Sequence record: MH675552.1
From: Bacteroides phage crAss001
Direction: 5' to 3' (one strand)
Length of the DNA stretch: 40,000 nucleotides
Shown here: one piece after another, positions 5,720-14,368 of the stretch
How positions within the stretch are numbered: position 1 is the stretch's first letter
Layout: each line of letters opens with the position of its first letter
Notes under the pieces: model-generated
What the model saw: only the letters and a program-made list of their open reading frames with translations
Databases searched by the model: none
What the model was told of the DNA's origin: nothing
Program-made: the position numbers and the translations under genes

Positions 5720-5806
5720 CGCGAGGTAGTGTAATGGCAACATGTGTGGCTCATAACCACAAGAAGCAGTAATACTGTGTTGGAAGTTCGAGTCTTCCCT
5801 TCGCAA
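5720..5806 (+). tRNA. tRNA with CAT anticodon, long variable arm and C1-A72 mismatch
   Basis: Acceptor CGCGAGG/CTTCGCA, anticodon arm TGTGG-CTCATAA-CCACA, variable hairpin CAGT-AAT-ACTG, T-arm GGAAG-TTCGAGT-CTTCC. Confidence 0.8.
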
Positions 5807-5825
5807 CTAAATTAAAGTGAATAAT

Positions 5826-5975
5826 ATGAAAGAGGAGAAGACATTAATCACTTGTATTATAGGCTCTACAGTTAGAGAAGTAATCAAGCAAGCTCAAGAG
5901 CTTGAAATTAAAAGAGAAGATATAGTAAATATGTTTCCTTTAGGAGGACAGATTTATTTAGTATTTTATAAGTAA
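5826..5975 (+). CDS. Small hypothetical protein (49 aa)
   Basis: MKEEKTLITCIIGSTVREVIKQAQELEIKREDIVNMFPLGGQIYLVFYK; below the ORF-track length cutoff. Confidence 0.65.
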   Translation: MKEEKTLITCIIGSTVREVIKQAQELEIKREDIVNMFPLGGQIYLVFYK

Positions 5976-5989
5976 AAATAACTGGCATT

Positions 5990-6238
5990 ATGGAAGAGAA
6001 GAAGACAAAAGAACCTCAGTACAATGAACCTAAGATGATGTTACATCTTGCTATTTATAGTGCTGTTGGTAAATACAAGAGTATTAGAAGAGCTATCAGT
6101 AAAGGTCATGTAACATCTTGGGGAGAGGAAGTTCCAAAGAGACCTTTCAATAATAGAAAGAGGACCTCTGGTAGGGAGTTACAGATTACTAAAGAGAAGA
6201 TTTATGGAGAACTTAAGTACAGAAGTCAAGCAGTTTGA
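5990..6238 (+). CDS. Hypothetical protein
   Basis: Open reading frame in a tightly packed co-directional series. Confidence 0.75.
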   Translation: MEEKKTKEPQYNEPKMMLHLAIYSAVGKYKSIRRAISKGHVTSWGEEVPKRPFNNRKRTSGRELQITKEKIYGELKYRSQAV

Positions 6239-6437
6239 GCTTGAGACTCCCAAAGAAGAATATAATAATATACCAGTTGTATATTGTAAACATTGTCTTT
6301 CATTAGCAATAATGAATTTAGATGGCATAGATTACTGTGACAAATGTGGTGGAACTGAGACTGGTGAGGCACACATACATGAATGGGAGAAAATGTATGG
6401 GCAAAAGTATGGTGGAAATTATCTAATAGAAAAATAA
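6204..6437 (+). CDS. Small zinc-ribbon protein
   Basis: VVYCKHCLSLAIMNLDGIDYCDKCGG: two CxxC pairs. Confidence 0.75.
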   Translation: MENLSTEVKQFELETPKEEYNNIPVVYCKHCLSLAIMNLDGIDYCDKCGGTETGEAHIHEWEKMYGQKYGGNYLIEK

Positions 6438-6438
6438 A

Positions 6439-6768
6439 ATGGAAGAGAAGAATAAAATGAAAGTTGTAAAGGGTGGCAAAGATACTCCAGAAGTGAGAAA
6501 GCTAAGTTATGAAGAACTGGAGAATACTGCACATCAGTTGTCTGAACAAAGCAGACAGTTATATATGCAGAATCAGAAGTTAAGTCAGGCTTTACAAGAA
6601 GCTAATCTTGCTAACTTCTATGAAAGATTGAAGTGGCTATGGACAGTAATTACTTCTACTACACCTTATATCTCAGAGGAGTTCAAGCAGAAGTGTGGTG
6701 CAGAATTTGAAGTACTAATGACTCAACCTGAACAGGAACCTGAGGAAGAAGTAAAGGAAGGAGAATAA
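6439..6768 (+). CDS. Hypothetical protein
   Basis: Tightly packed ORF, 109 aa. Confidence 0.8.
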   Translation: MEEKNKMKVVKGGKDTPEVRKLSYEELENTAHQLSEQSRQLYMQNQKLSQALQEANLANFYERLKWLWTVITSTTPYISEEFKQKCGAEFEVLMTQPEQEPEEEVKEGE

Positions 6769-6771
6769 ACT

Positions 6772-7155
6772 ATGGCTAAGCAAGTGGATTCAATAGTTAG
6801 GATTCCTTGCAAGGTAGATGGTAAGTTCTTTAGATATTGGTTTGAATTCTTACAACCTTTTCATAACTTGACTGAGAGAGAAATGGATGTCATTACTTCA
6901 TTTGTGAAGCAAAGATATGAACTCAGCAAGGTCATTAAAGATAATGAGATACTTGATAAGGTTACTATGAGTGAAGATACTAAGAAGAAAGTAAGGGAAG
7001 AGTGTGATATATCTCTTCCTCACTTTCAAGTCATCATGGGTAAGTTAAGAAAGAATAAGGTCATCATTGATGGGAAGATAAACCCAAGATACATTCCATC
7101 AGTAGATGAAGAGAATGGTTCATTCAAGATGATGTTATTATTTGATTTCTCATGA
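6772..7155 (+). CDS. Hypothetical protein, possibly winged-helix/small-terminase-like
   Basis: LTEREMDVITSFVKQRYEL...LPHFQVIMGKLRKNKVI reads like a DNA-binding helical protein; position upstream of terL. Confidence 0.7.
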   Translation: MAKQVDSIVRIPCKVDGKFFRYWFEFLQPFHNLTEREMDVITSFVKQRYELSKVIKDNEILDKVTMSEDTKKKVREECDISLPHFQVIMGKLRKNKVIIDGKINPRYIPSVDEENGSFKMMLLFDFS

Positions 7156-7436
7156 TATACTCAGAAGCAATAAAACAGGTATCCATAGAACTTGGATTAC
7201 CACCACAAGTGGTGAAGGAAGCCTATGAGTCCTATTGGACTTTTATTAGGAATAACATCAAAGCCTTGCCTCTAAAGGAAGACCTAAGCAAAGAGGAGTT
7301 TGATAAGTTGAGAACCAATTTCAATATCCCATCAATAGGTAAGTTATCTTGTACTTATGATAGGATGATAGGAGTTAAGAAGAGATTTGAACATATAAAG
7401 AAGTTAAGAGATGATTACAACAATCAAGAAAGTTAA
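7152..7436 (+). CDS. Hypothetical protein
   Basis: ORF overlaps the previous stop by 4 nt. Confidence 0.8.
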   Translation: MIYSEAIKQVSIELGLPPQVVKEAYESYWTFIRNNIKALPLKEDLSKEEFDKLRTNFNIPSIGKLSCTYDRMIGVKKRFEHIKKLRDDYNNQES

Positions 7437-7440
7437 ACCC

Positions 7441-7821
7441 ATGTTTAATAACATGGTAGTCACTTTAAATAAATATCCCAGTGACCTAAAGACTACTGGT
7501 GGTATTATAGATAGTACCAGAGCTGGTTCAGTAAAAGAGTATCAGACAGTAGTAGCTGTTGGACCAATGGTAAGGGGTATTGAAGTAGGAGATATAGTAT
7601 ATATCAATCCAAAAAGATATGCAGTAATGCAACATAAACCCGGCTCATTTCAAGATGGTGTTATTAAAGATAATCCTGTAGTAGGATATAAGTTTGACAT
7701 CATGGAGATTGATGGAGTTGAACACATGATGATTCAAGATGGAGATGTAAAATTTGTAGCAGAGATTGAGGAATTTGAAGAAAATCCTACTATTGTTACA
7801 GGAACACAACTTATAGTATAA
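7441..7821 (+). CDS. GroES-like co-chaperonin homologue
   Basis: MFNNMVVTLNKYPSDLKTTGGIIDSTRAGSVKEYQTVVAVGPMVRGIEVGDIVYINPKRY...: Cpn10-like beta-barrel pattern. Confidence 0.65.
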   Translation: MFNNMVVTLNKYPSDLKTTGGIIDSTRAGSVKEYQTVVAVGPMVRGIEVGDIVYINPKRYAVMQHKPGSFQDGVIKDNPVVGYKFDIMEIDGVEHMMIQDGDVKFVAEIEEFEENPTIVTGTQLIV

Positions 7822-7825
7822 ATAT

Positions 7826-7857
7826 AAGCCTTGAGCCTAAGTAGGCTTGAGGCTTTT
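7826..7857 (+). terminator. Rho-independent terminator
   Basis: AAGCCTTGAGCCT-AAGT-AGGCTTGAGGCTT (13 bp, two wobbles) followed by TTTT. Confidence 0.9.
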
Positions 7858-7872
7858 TTAGTTTTAAGCAAT

Positions 7873-8400
7873 ATGAGATTATTTAAAAGAGATGGATATA
7901 ATCTGGTTATATCTGATGAGGCTTATGCTTTAAAGGCATTCAGACAGATATGGAACAGGGATAAATCTCTCTCAAAGGAGAGAGCTATTACAGAACTTGG
8001 ATATTGTTACTTTATGGAGGACTCCAGAAGTGATTACAAGTATATAATAGATGAACAGGAGAGAAAAGAAGCTATTAAGCAAGGTGAAGGTATGAAGGAT
8101 AACTGGGAACCTGATACTACTGTAAAAGAAGCTCAAGCACTCTATGCAAGTTTTAAGACTACTTCTGAGCTATTACTTGATGATACAAGGATGCTTGTAG
8201 AGAAGTATAGAATGAAGTTAAGGAGTATGGACTTAACTGAACTTGATATAAAGGAGACCAAGGAATTAGGTGCTATTATTAAACTTATACCATCAATGGT
8301 TAAGGACTTAGATGAAGCTGAAAGAGCTATTGCTAAGGAATTGGCACAGAATGATAAGGTAAGAGGAGCACAGGAAAAAGCAATATATGAAGACTTATAG
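7873..8400 (+). CDS. Hypothetical virion-module protein
   Basis: ATG at 7873 is in frame with ORF 7831..8400, whose listed start lies within the terminator. Confidence 0.85.
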   Translation: MRLFKRDGYNLVISDEAYALKAFRQIWNRDKSLSKERAITELGYCYFMEDSRSDYKYIIDEQERKEAIKQGEGMKDNWEPDTTVKEAQALYASFKTTSELLLDDTRMLVEKYRMKLRSMDLTELDIKETKELGAIIKLIPSMVKDLDEAERAIAKELAQNDKVRGAQEKAIYEDL

Positions 8401-8402
8401 TT

Positions 8403-8723
8403 ATGGAAATGAATGATATAATAGAAGGACTTAATGTGTATTATGAAGGTTTTCCTAACAGGAGGAAGGGATACTTTGTATTACATAAAATAGTAGATAG
8501 TAACCCTGTAGTTAAGTCACAGAAGACTTATAGAATGCAAGTTTGGTTTGTAAGTAAGAGTGAAAAGATACCTGCATTTGGTGCTCAGCATTCTAATAGA
8601 ATTGTTACTGATGCAGAAGAGACAAAAGCTATTTCCCTCCTAACCACTTCTATTACTAAATCTCTTCTGGAGTATATTAATACACAAGATTTTAAGGAGT
8701 TATGCAATGATACCAATGAATAA
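8403..8723 (+). CDS. Hypothetical protein
   Basis: Open frame immediately following previous gene. Confidence 0.8.
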   Translation: MEMNDIIEGLNVYYEGFPNRRKGYFVLHKIVDSNPVVKSQKTYRMQVWFVSKSEKIPAFGAQHSNRIVTDAEETKAISLLTTSITKSLLEYINTQDFKELCNDTNE

Positions 8724-9309
8724 ATGTGGCATCTATATGATTACCTCACCCTCAGGAAAGTCTTATATAGGGAGGAGTTTAAATCTGGAAGAAAGACTAA
8801 ACAAGTATAAAAACTTATTATGTTCAGACCAACAATACATATATCATGCAATACTAAAATATGGTTGGGATAACATGAAAGTTACTATACTTTATAGTGA
8901 AGAAAGGAATGAACTATCTAATGATACTTTAAACAGATTAGAGGAGGAATTTATAGAAAAATTTAATACTTTGATTCCTAATGGGTATAACCTTAAAACT
9001 GGGGGTAATCAGCCTTTACTTTCTAAAGAAACAAAAGAAAGAATGTCTGTTGCTAAAATAGGTAAAAGATTCTCTGAGGAACATAGGAAAAAACTATCTA
9101 TAGCTCAAAATAAAGAAGAAGTTAAAATAAAGAAATCTCTAACACATAGAAGAAGTGTGATTCAATTATCTATTCATGGGGAGTTCATTAAGGAGTGGTA
9201 TTCTTTAACTGAGGCAAGTGAAAGTCTTAATATAAGTAGAAGTAGTATTTATCAATCTTGTAGGAAAGGATATATAGCACATGGGTACAAATGGAAATAC
9301 AATAATTAA
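8707..9309 (+). CDS. GIY-YIG endonuclease (homing type)
   Basis: CGIYMITSPSGKSYIGRSLNLEERLNKY...; NUMOD-like C-terminus SIHGEFIKEWYSLTEASESLNISRSSIYQSCRKG. Confidence 0.93.
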   Translation: MIPMNKCGIYMITSPSGKSYIGRSLNLEERLNKYKNLLCSDQQYIYHAILKYGWDNMKVTILYSEERNELSNDTLNRLEEEFIEKFNTLIPNGYNLKTGGNQPLLSKETKERMSVAKIGKRFSEEHRKKLSIAQNKEEVKIKKSLTHRRSVIQLSIHGEFIKEWYSLTEASESLNISRSSIYQSCRKGYIAHGYKWKYNN

Positions 9310-9310
9310 T

Positions 9311-11569
9311 ATGAACAAGTATCAAACTGAACTTACTGAGGAACTAATGAATACCCTTCCTCAGGAGGTTCAGGAACAATTACTTGAGACTCTTACTACA
9401 GTAGAGTTTGTCAAGAGGCTTATATCTCCCAACAGACCTTATGCAAGAGATTTACCAAGAGATGAAAAGGGTAGGATTATAGTAGATATTACTAATCCTC
9501 ACATCATTGAGGATGCTGATTATTTCAGGCAACCAGCTCTACATTTCTTGAAATATGGGTGTTATACTTTCTTGAAACCTAACAGTAATCCTAACTCTGA
9601 GTTCAGGAGACACTGGGATGAAGAAAAGAGAAGATGCTATGAAGGTTATGTGAGAGAATCAGATGGAGAATGGGTTACAGGCTTTAACTATTGGTTTATG
9701 AATTATTGTCCTATGATGGTTAATAAACTGATAGAAGGAAGAAAGAAGGCTATCAGAACTGAGGCTTTTCCATTCTTCTTTGAGGGTATATACTGGAGAT
9801 TCCATTATCTATGGCAAGCAAGAGAAGGTGGTAAACATGCTATTGAATTAGCAAAGAGAGGGTGTGCTAAGTCTTATAGCTTAGCAGCAATTATGAGCCA
9901 TAATCTTATACTTGGAGAGAGTGAAGAATCAAATAGAAGGGTTATTACAGTACTTACAGCTTATCAGAAGGAATATCTGAAAGATGACAAGGATGGTACT
10001 CTGTCTAAGTTCAAGCCTTCAATTAACTTTAGCTTTGCTAATACTCCTTTCCCACATCTTATGCTAAAGAACTCTCCTAATGAGATGTCTTGGCAAATGG
10101 GTTATAAGGATGAATATGGGGTAGAGAAAGGCTCTCTAAATCAAGTACTTGCTGTATCTGCAAAGGATGATAGTGAGAAGTTGAGGGGTAAGAGAGGTTG
10201 GATTCTATTTGAGGAAATGGGTTCTTTTAAAGGATTGCTTTCTCTTTATGATATTACCAGAAAGTCTGTAGAGGATGGTGACTATACTTTTGCTACTATG
10301 TACCTTGTAGGTACTGCTGCTGAGAGTGAGTCTGACTTTAGTTCAGCTAAGACTTTACTTTATAATCCAGATGGTTATAATATATTGTCTATAGATAATG
10401 TATTTGACAGACCAAAGCAAGGTAAACCTAAGTTTGGTTTCTTCTTTCCCTCATATATTAATAGGGCAGGATGTTATAATAAGGATGGTGTATCAGATGT
10501 GGTTAAGGCTTTAATTGAAATTCTTATTGCAAGATATAAGGCTAAATATAGTGCTGACCCTAAATCAGTATTGAGAGTAATTGCTGAGGACCCTATTACA
10601 CCAGCAGAAGCTATTATTAAGGTTAAGGCAGCATACTTCCCTATTACTGCTCTTACAGAAAGATTAAGTCAATTAGACCAAGATGCACATGCTTATGATG
10701 ATGTATATGTAGGTAAGTTGGTGCAGAATAGTAATGGAGTTGAGTTTACCCCAACCAGTGATGTACCTATCAGAAAGTTTGGAGTAGAGAATGATACTCC
10801 GGGTGCTATTGAAATCTTTGAAATGCCAGAGAAAGATAGAAATGAAAAGGTTCCCCACACAAGATATATTATTGGTCATGACCCTGTAGATAATGACCAA
10901 GCTGAATCTTCCTCTCTCTCTTCTACCTTTGTTCTTGACTTATGGACTGATAAGATTGTAGCTGAGTACACTGGTAGGCAATCATTTGCAGATGATAACT
11001 TTGAGATAGTAAGATTACTATGCCTGTTCTATAATGCAAAATGCCTGTATGAATCAAATAAGAAGGGTATATTTGCTTACTTTAGTAAGATGAATTGTAC
11101 TCACTTACTGGCTGATACTCCAGAGTTCTTAAGAGACAAACAGTTGATTAAGTATAGTTCATTTGGTTCTAATGCTAAAGGTGTTAATGCCTCAGCAGCT
11201 ATTAATGCTTATGCCAATAATCTTATAAGAGATTGGCTGATGAAGCCTGTAACTATTATACAGAATGTTGATGGAGAGGATGTAGAAGTAACTGTTTATA
11301 ACCTTAACTTCTTAAGAAACAGAGCATTAATTGAAGAGTTGATTGCATTTAACCCAGAGATAAATGTGGATAGAATTAGGGCATTAGGTATGGTTATGTT
11401 ATATAGAGAGGATAAGATGGTCCTATATCAAGGAAACCCTTCAAGAGACTCAGGAGAAGTACCAAAAGATTATTTAGGGAATGATAAGTTCTTTACTGAG
11501 AATTACAGGGCAGTACAAGCCCCTTTCCAGAAACCCAGTAAATTTAGTACAGAAGATGCAATTAGATAA
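9311..11569 (+). CDS. terL: Terminase large subunit
   Basis: Walker A-like AKRGCAKSYSLA, Walker B-like RGWILFEEMGS, nuclease-like YIIGHDPVDND; adjacent to portal. Start set at internal ATG 9311. Confidence 0.93.
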   Translation: MNKYQTELTEELMNTLPQEVQEQLLETLTTVEFVKRLISPNRPYARDLPRDEKGRIIVDITNPHIIEDADYFRQPALHFLKYGCYTFLKPNSNPNSEFRRHWDEEKRRCYEGYVRESDGEWVTGFNYWFMNYCPMMVNKLIEGRKKAIRTEAFPFFFEGIYWRFHYLWQAREGGKHAIELAKRGCAKSYSLAAIMSHNLILGESEESNRRVITVLTAYQKEYLKDDKDGTLSKFKPSINFSFANTPFPHLMLKNSPNEMSWQMGYKDEYGVEKGSLNQVLAVSAKDDSEKLRGKRGWILFEEMGSFKGLLSLYDITRKSVEDGDYTFATMYLVGTAAESESDFSSAKTLLYNPDGYNILSIDNVFDRPKQGKPKFGFFFPSYINRAGCYNKDGVSDVVKALIEILIARYKAKYSADPKSVLRVIAEDPITPAEAIIKVKAAYFPITALTERLSQLDQDAHAYDDVYVGKLVQNSNGVEFTPTSDVPIRKFGVENDTPGAIEIFEMPEKDRNEKVPHTRYIIGHDPVDNDQAESSSLSSTFVLDLWTDKIVAEYTGRQSFADDNFEIVRLLCLFYNAKCLYESNKKGIFAYFSKMNCTHLLADTPEFLRDKQLIKYSSFGSNAKGVNASAAINAYANNLIRDWLMKPVTIIQNVDGEDVEVTVYNLNFLRNRALIEELIAFNPEINVDRIRALGMVMLYREDKMVLYQGNPSRDSGEVPKDYLGNDKFFTENYRAVQAPFQKPSKFSTEDAIR

Positions 11570-11586
11570 ACAAATCACTTATGTGC

Positions 11587-11617
11587 TTGACTAAATGGAC
11601 TTTTTTACTTACTTTTG
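11587..11617 (+). promoter_or_regulatory. Promoter CTTG-N20-TACTTTTG
   Basis: TTG 11587-11589, 20-nt spacer, TACTTTTG 11610-11617; portal ATG at 11643. Confidence 0.78.
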
Positions 11618-11642
11618 TCACAAAATTAAATGATGGAAGACT

Positions 11643-14063
11643 ATGGCAGATTTTTTAAACTTTCCCAGACAGATGCTTCCTTTCTCTAAGAAGACTAAGC
11701 AATGGAGAAAGGATTGTCTGTTGTGGGCTAATCAGAAGACATTCTTCAATTATAGCTTGGTTAGGAAGTCAGTAATCCATAAAAAGATAAACTATGACTT
11801 ACTTAATGGTAGGCTACACATGTCAGACTTAGAACTGGTACTCAACCCAGATGGTATAAAAGCAGCTTACATTCCTGATAGGTTACAACATTATCCTATC
11901 ATGAATAGTAAGTTGAATGTACTTAGGGGTGAGGAAAGTAAGAGAGTATTTGACTTTAAGGTTGTAGTAACTAATCCAAATGCTATCTCAGAAATAGAGG
12001 ATAATAAGAAGAATGAGCTATTACAAAGGCTTCAAGAAATGATAACTGACACCTCAATATCTGAGGATGAATACAATATCAAACTTGAGAAACTAAATGA
12101 CTATTATACCTATGAATGGCAGGATATAAGAGAGGTAAGAGCAAATGAATTGCTTAACCATTATATAAAGGAATATGACATTCCTCTTATATTCAATAAT
12201 GGTTTCATGGATGCAATGACATGTGGTGAGGAAATCTATCAATGTGATATTGTAGGTGGAGAACCAGTCATTGAGAGAGTGAACCCATTAAAGATTAGGA
12301 TATTCAAGTCTGGGTACAGTAATAAGGTGGAAGATGCTGACATGATAATCCTTGAGGATTATTGGTCTCCGGGTAGAGTAATAGATACATATTATGATGT
12401 ACTATCTCCAAAGGACATAAAGTATATTGAAACTATGCCTGATTATATAGGTCAGGGAGCTGTTGACCAAATGGATAATATTGATGAAAGATATGGATTT
12501 GTCAATCAGAATATGATTGGTGATGAAATAACTGTCAGAGATGGAACCTATTTCTTTGACCCAGCTAATCTATTTACAGAAGGTATAGCAAATTCATTAC
12601 TTCCTTATGACTTGGCAGGTAATCTTAGAGTACTGAGACTATACTGGAAATCAAAAAGGAAGATACTTAAGGTTAAATCTTATGACCCTGAAACTGGTGA
12701 GGAAGAATGGAACTTCTACCCTGAGAATTATGTAGTAAATAAGGAAGCAGGAGAAGAGGTACAGTCATTCTGGGTTAATGAAGCATGGGAAGGAACTATG
12801 ATTGGCAATGAGATATTTGTCAATATGAGACCAAGATTGATTCAATATAATAGGTTGAATAATCCTTCAAGATGTCACTTTGGTATTGTAGGTTCAATCT
12901 ATAATTTGAATGATAGCAGACCATTCTCATTAGTAGACATGATGAAGCCATATAACTACTTATATGATGCTATTCATGATAGACTGAATAAAGCTATTGC
13001 TTCAAACTGGGGTTCTATCTTAGAGCTTGACTTATCTAAAGTTCCTAAAGGATGGGATGTTGGTAAGTGGATGTACTATGCAAGAGTAAACCATATTGCA
13101 GTTATAGATAGTTTCAAGGAAGGTACTATAGGAGCCTCTACAGGTAAGCTGGCAGGTGCTCTTAATAATGCTGGAAAGGGAATGATTGAAACTAATATAG
13201 GTAACTATATTCAGCAACAGATTAACCTTCTTGAGTTTATTAAGATGGAAATGGCTGATGTTGCAGGTATATCTAAGCAAAGAGAAGGTCAAATATCCCA
13301 AAGAGAAACTGTAGGTGGAGTTGAGAGGGCTACTCTTCAATCAAGTCATATTACTGAGTGGTTATTTACTATTCATGATGATGTGAAGAAGAGAGCTTTA
13401 GAGTGCTTCTTAGAAACTGCAAAGGTAGCTTTGAAGGGAAGAAACAAGAAGTTCCAGTATATATTATCAGATACATCTACAAGAGTAATGGAGATTGATG
13501 GTGATGAATTTGCTGAGGCTGACTATGGTTTGGTTGTAGATAATAGTAATGGAACTCAAGAGCTTCAACAGAAGTTAGATACTTTGGCTCAGGCTGCATT
13601 ACAGACTCAAACTTTATCATTCTCTACTATCACTAAGCTCTATACATCTTCAAGTTTAGCTGAAAAGCAAAGACTGATTGAGAAAGATGAAAAGCAGATT
13701 AGAGAAAGACAGGCACAGGCTCAGAAGGAACAACTTGAAGCTCAACAGCAAATAGCTGCTATGCAGCAACAACAGAAAGAGGCAGAACTTCTCCAGAAGG
13801 AAGAAGCTAATATAAGAGATAATCAGACTAAGATAATAATAGCTCAGATACAATCAGAAGGAGGACCAGATGAAGAAGATGGAATTATGATTGATGATTA
13901 TAGTCCAGAAGCTAAAGCTAATCTTGCTGAAAAGATAAGAGAGTTTGATGAAAAACTTAAACTTGATAAGGACAAATTGAAGCTGGATAAAAAGAAAGCT
14001 GAAACTGATGCAAGCATAAAGAGACAAGCTCTGAGAAAGAAAAGTAGTACAACTAATAAATAA
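11643..14063 (+). CDS. Portal protein
   Basis: 806 aa directly after terL; ...NVLRGEESKRVFDFKVV...GIVGSIYNLNDSRPFSLVDMMKPYNYLYDAIHDRLNKA...; Q/E-rich C-terminus. Confidence 0.9.
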   Translation: MADFLNFPRQMLPFSKKTKQWRKDCLLWANQKTFFNYSLVRKSVIHKKINYDLLNGRLHMSDLELVLNPDGIKAAYIPDRLQHYPIMNSKLNVLRGEESKRVFDFKVVVTNPNAISEIEDNKKNELLQRLQEMITDTSISEDEYNIKLEKLNDYYTYEWQDIREVRANELLNHYIKEYDIPLIFNNGFMDAMTCGEEIYQCDIVGGEPVIERVNPLKIRIFKSGYSNKVEDADMIILEDYWSPGRVIDTYYDVLSPKDIKYIETMPDYIGQGAVDQMDNIDERYGFVNQNMIGDEITVRDGTYFFDPANLFTEGIANSLLPYDLAGNLRVLRLYWKSKRKILKVKSYDPETGEEEWNFYPENYVVNKEAGEEVQSFWVNEAWEGTMIGNEIFVNMRPRLIQYNRLNNPSRCHFGIVGSIYNLNDSRPFSLVDMMKPYNYLYDAIHDRLNKAIASNWGSILELDLSKVPKGWDVGKWMYYARVNHIAVIDSFKEGTIGASTGKLAGALNNAGKGMIETNIGNYIQQQINLLEFIKMEMADVAGISKQREGQISQRETVGGVERATLQSSHITEWLFTIHDDVKKRALECFLETAKVALKGRNKKFQYILSDTSTRVMEIDGDEFAEADYGLVVDNSNGTQELQQKLDTLAQAALQTQTLSFSTITKLYTSSSLAEKQRLIEKDEKQIRERQAQAQKEQLEAQQQIAAMQQQQKEAELLQKEEANIRDNQTKIIIAQIQSEGGPDEEDGIMIDDYSPEAKANLAEKIREFDEKLKLDKDKLKLDKKKAETDASIKRQALRKKSSTTNK

Positions 14064-14068
14064 AAGAT

Positions 14069-14362
14069 ATGAAGACACTAAGAACTTTGAAGATAAGCCC
14101 TAATGCACCTGATATTAACTCAGTATGGCTGTATAAAGGTACAATGAAGTATTTTAATAATGGTGAATGGGAGACTATAGGAGGTGAATCAGAACCTTAT
14201 GTTCTTCCTGCTGCAACTACAAGTACAATAGGTGGTGTAAAGAAGGCTACTAATGTAGGTAATTTAGCTACTGGAGCTGAGTTAGCAACAGTAGTTACTA
14301 AGGTAAATGCAATTCTGTCTGCATTAAAGGTGGCAGATATAATGGTTGAAGATGCAAACTAA
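14069..14362 (+). CDS. Head-fibre-like small protein
   Basis: YVLPAATTSTIGGVKKATNVGNLATGAELATVVTKVNAILSALK resembles phage head-fibre repeats. Confidence 0.65.
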   Translation: MKTLRTLKISPNAPDINSVWLYKGTMKYFNNGEWETIGGESEPYVLPAATTSTIGGVKKATNVGNLATGAELATVVTKVNAILSALKVADIMVEDAN

Positions 14363-14368
14363 TATACT

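Noticed and set aside
1682-5806. Possible stop-codon reassignment, known in some crAss-like phages
   Set aside because: No suppressor anticodon in the array (the TAA and TAG anticodons read Leu codons) and late genes are uninterrupted with ordinary stops. Standard code fits this window.
13032-14078. Minus-strand ORFs within the portal gene
   Set aside because: Antisense shadows of a long, convincing plus-strand gene; similar cases at 10673, 14389, 17688, 19515, 27829, 28536, 29418, 34373 and 38853 were dismissed for the same reason.
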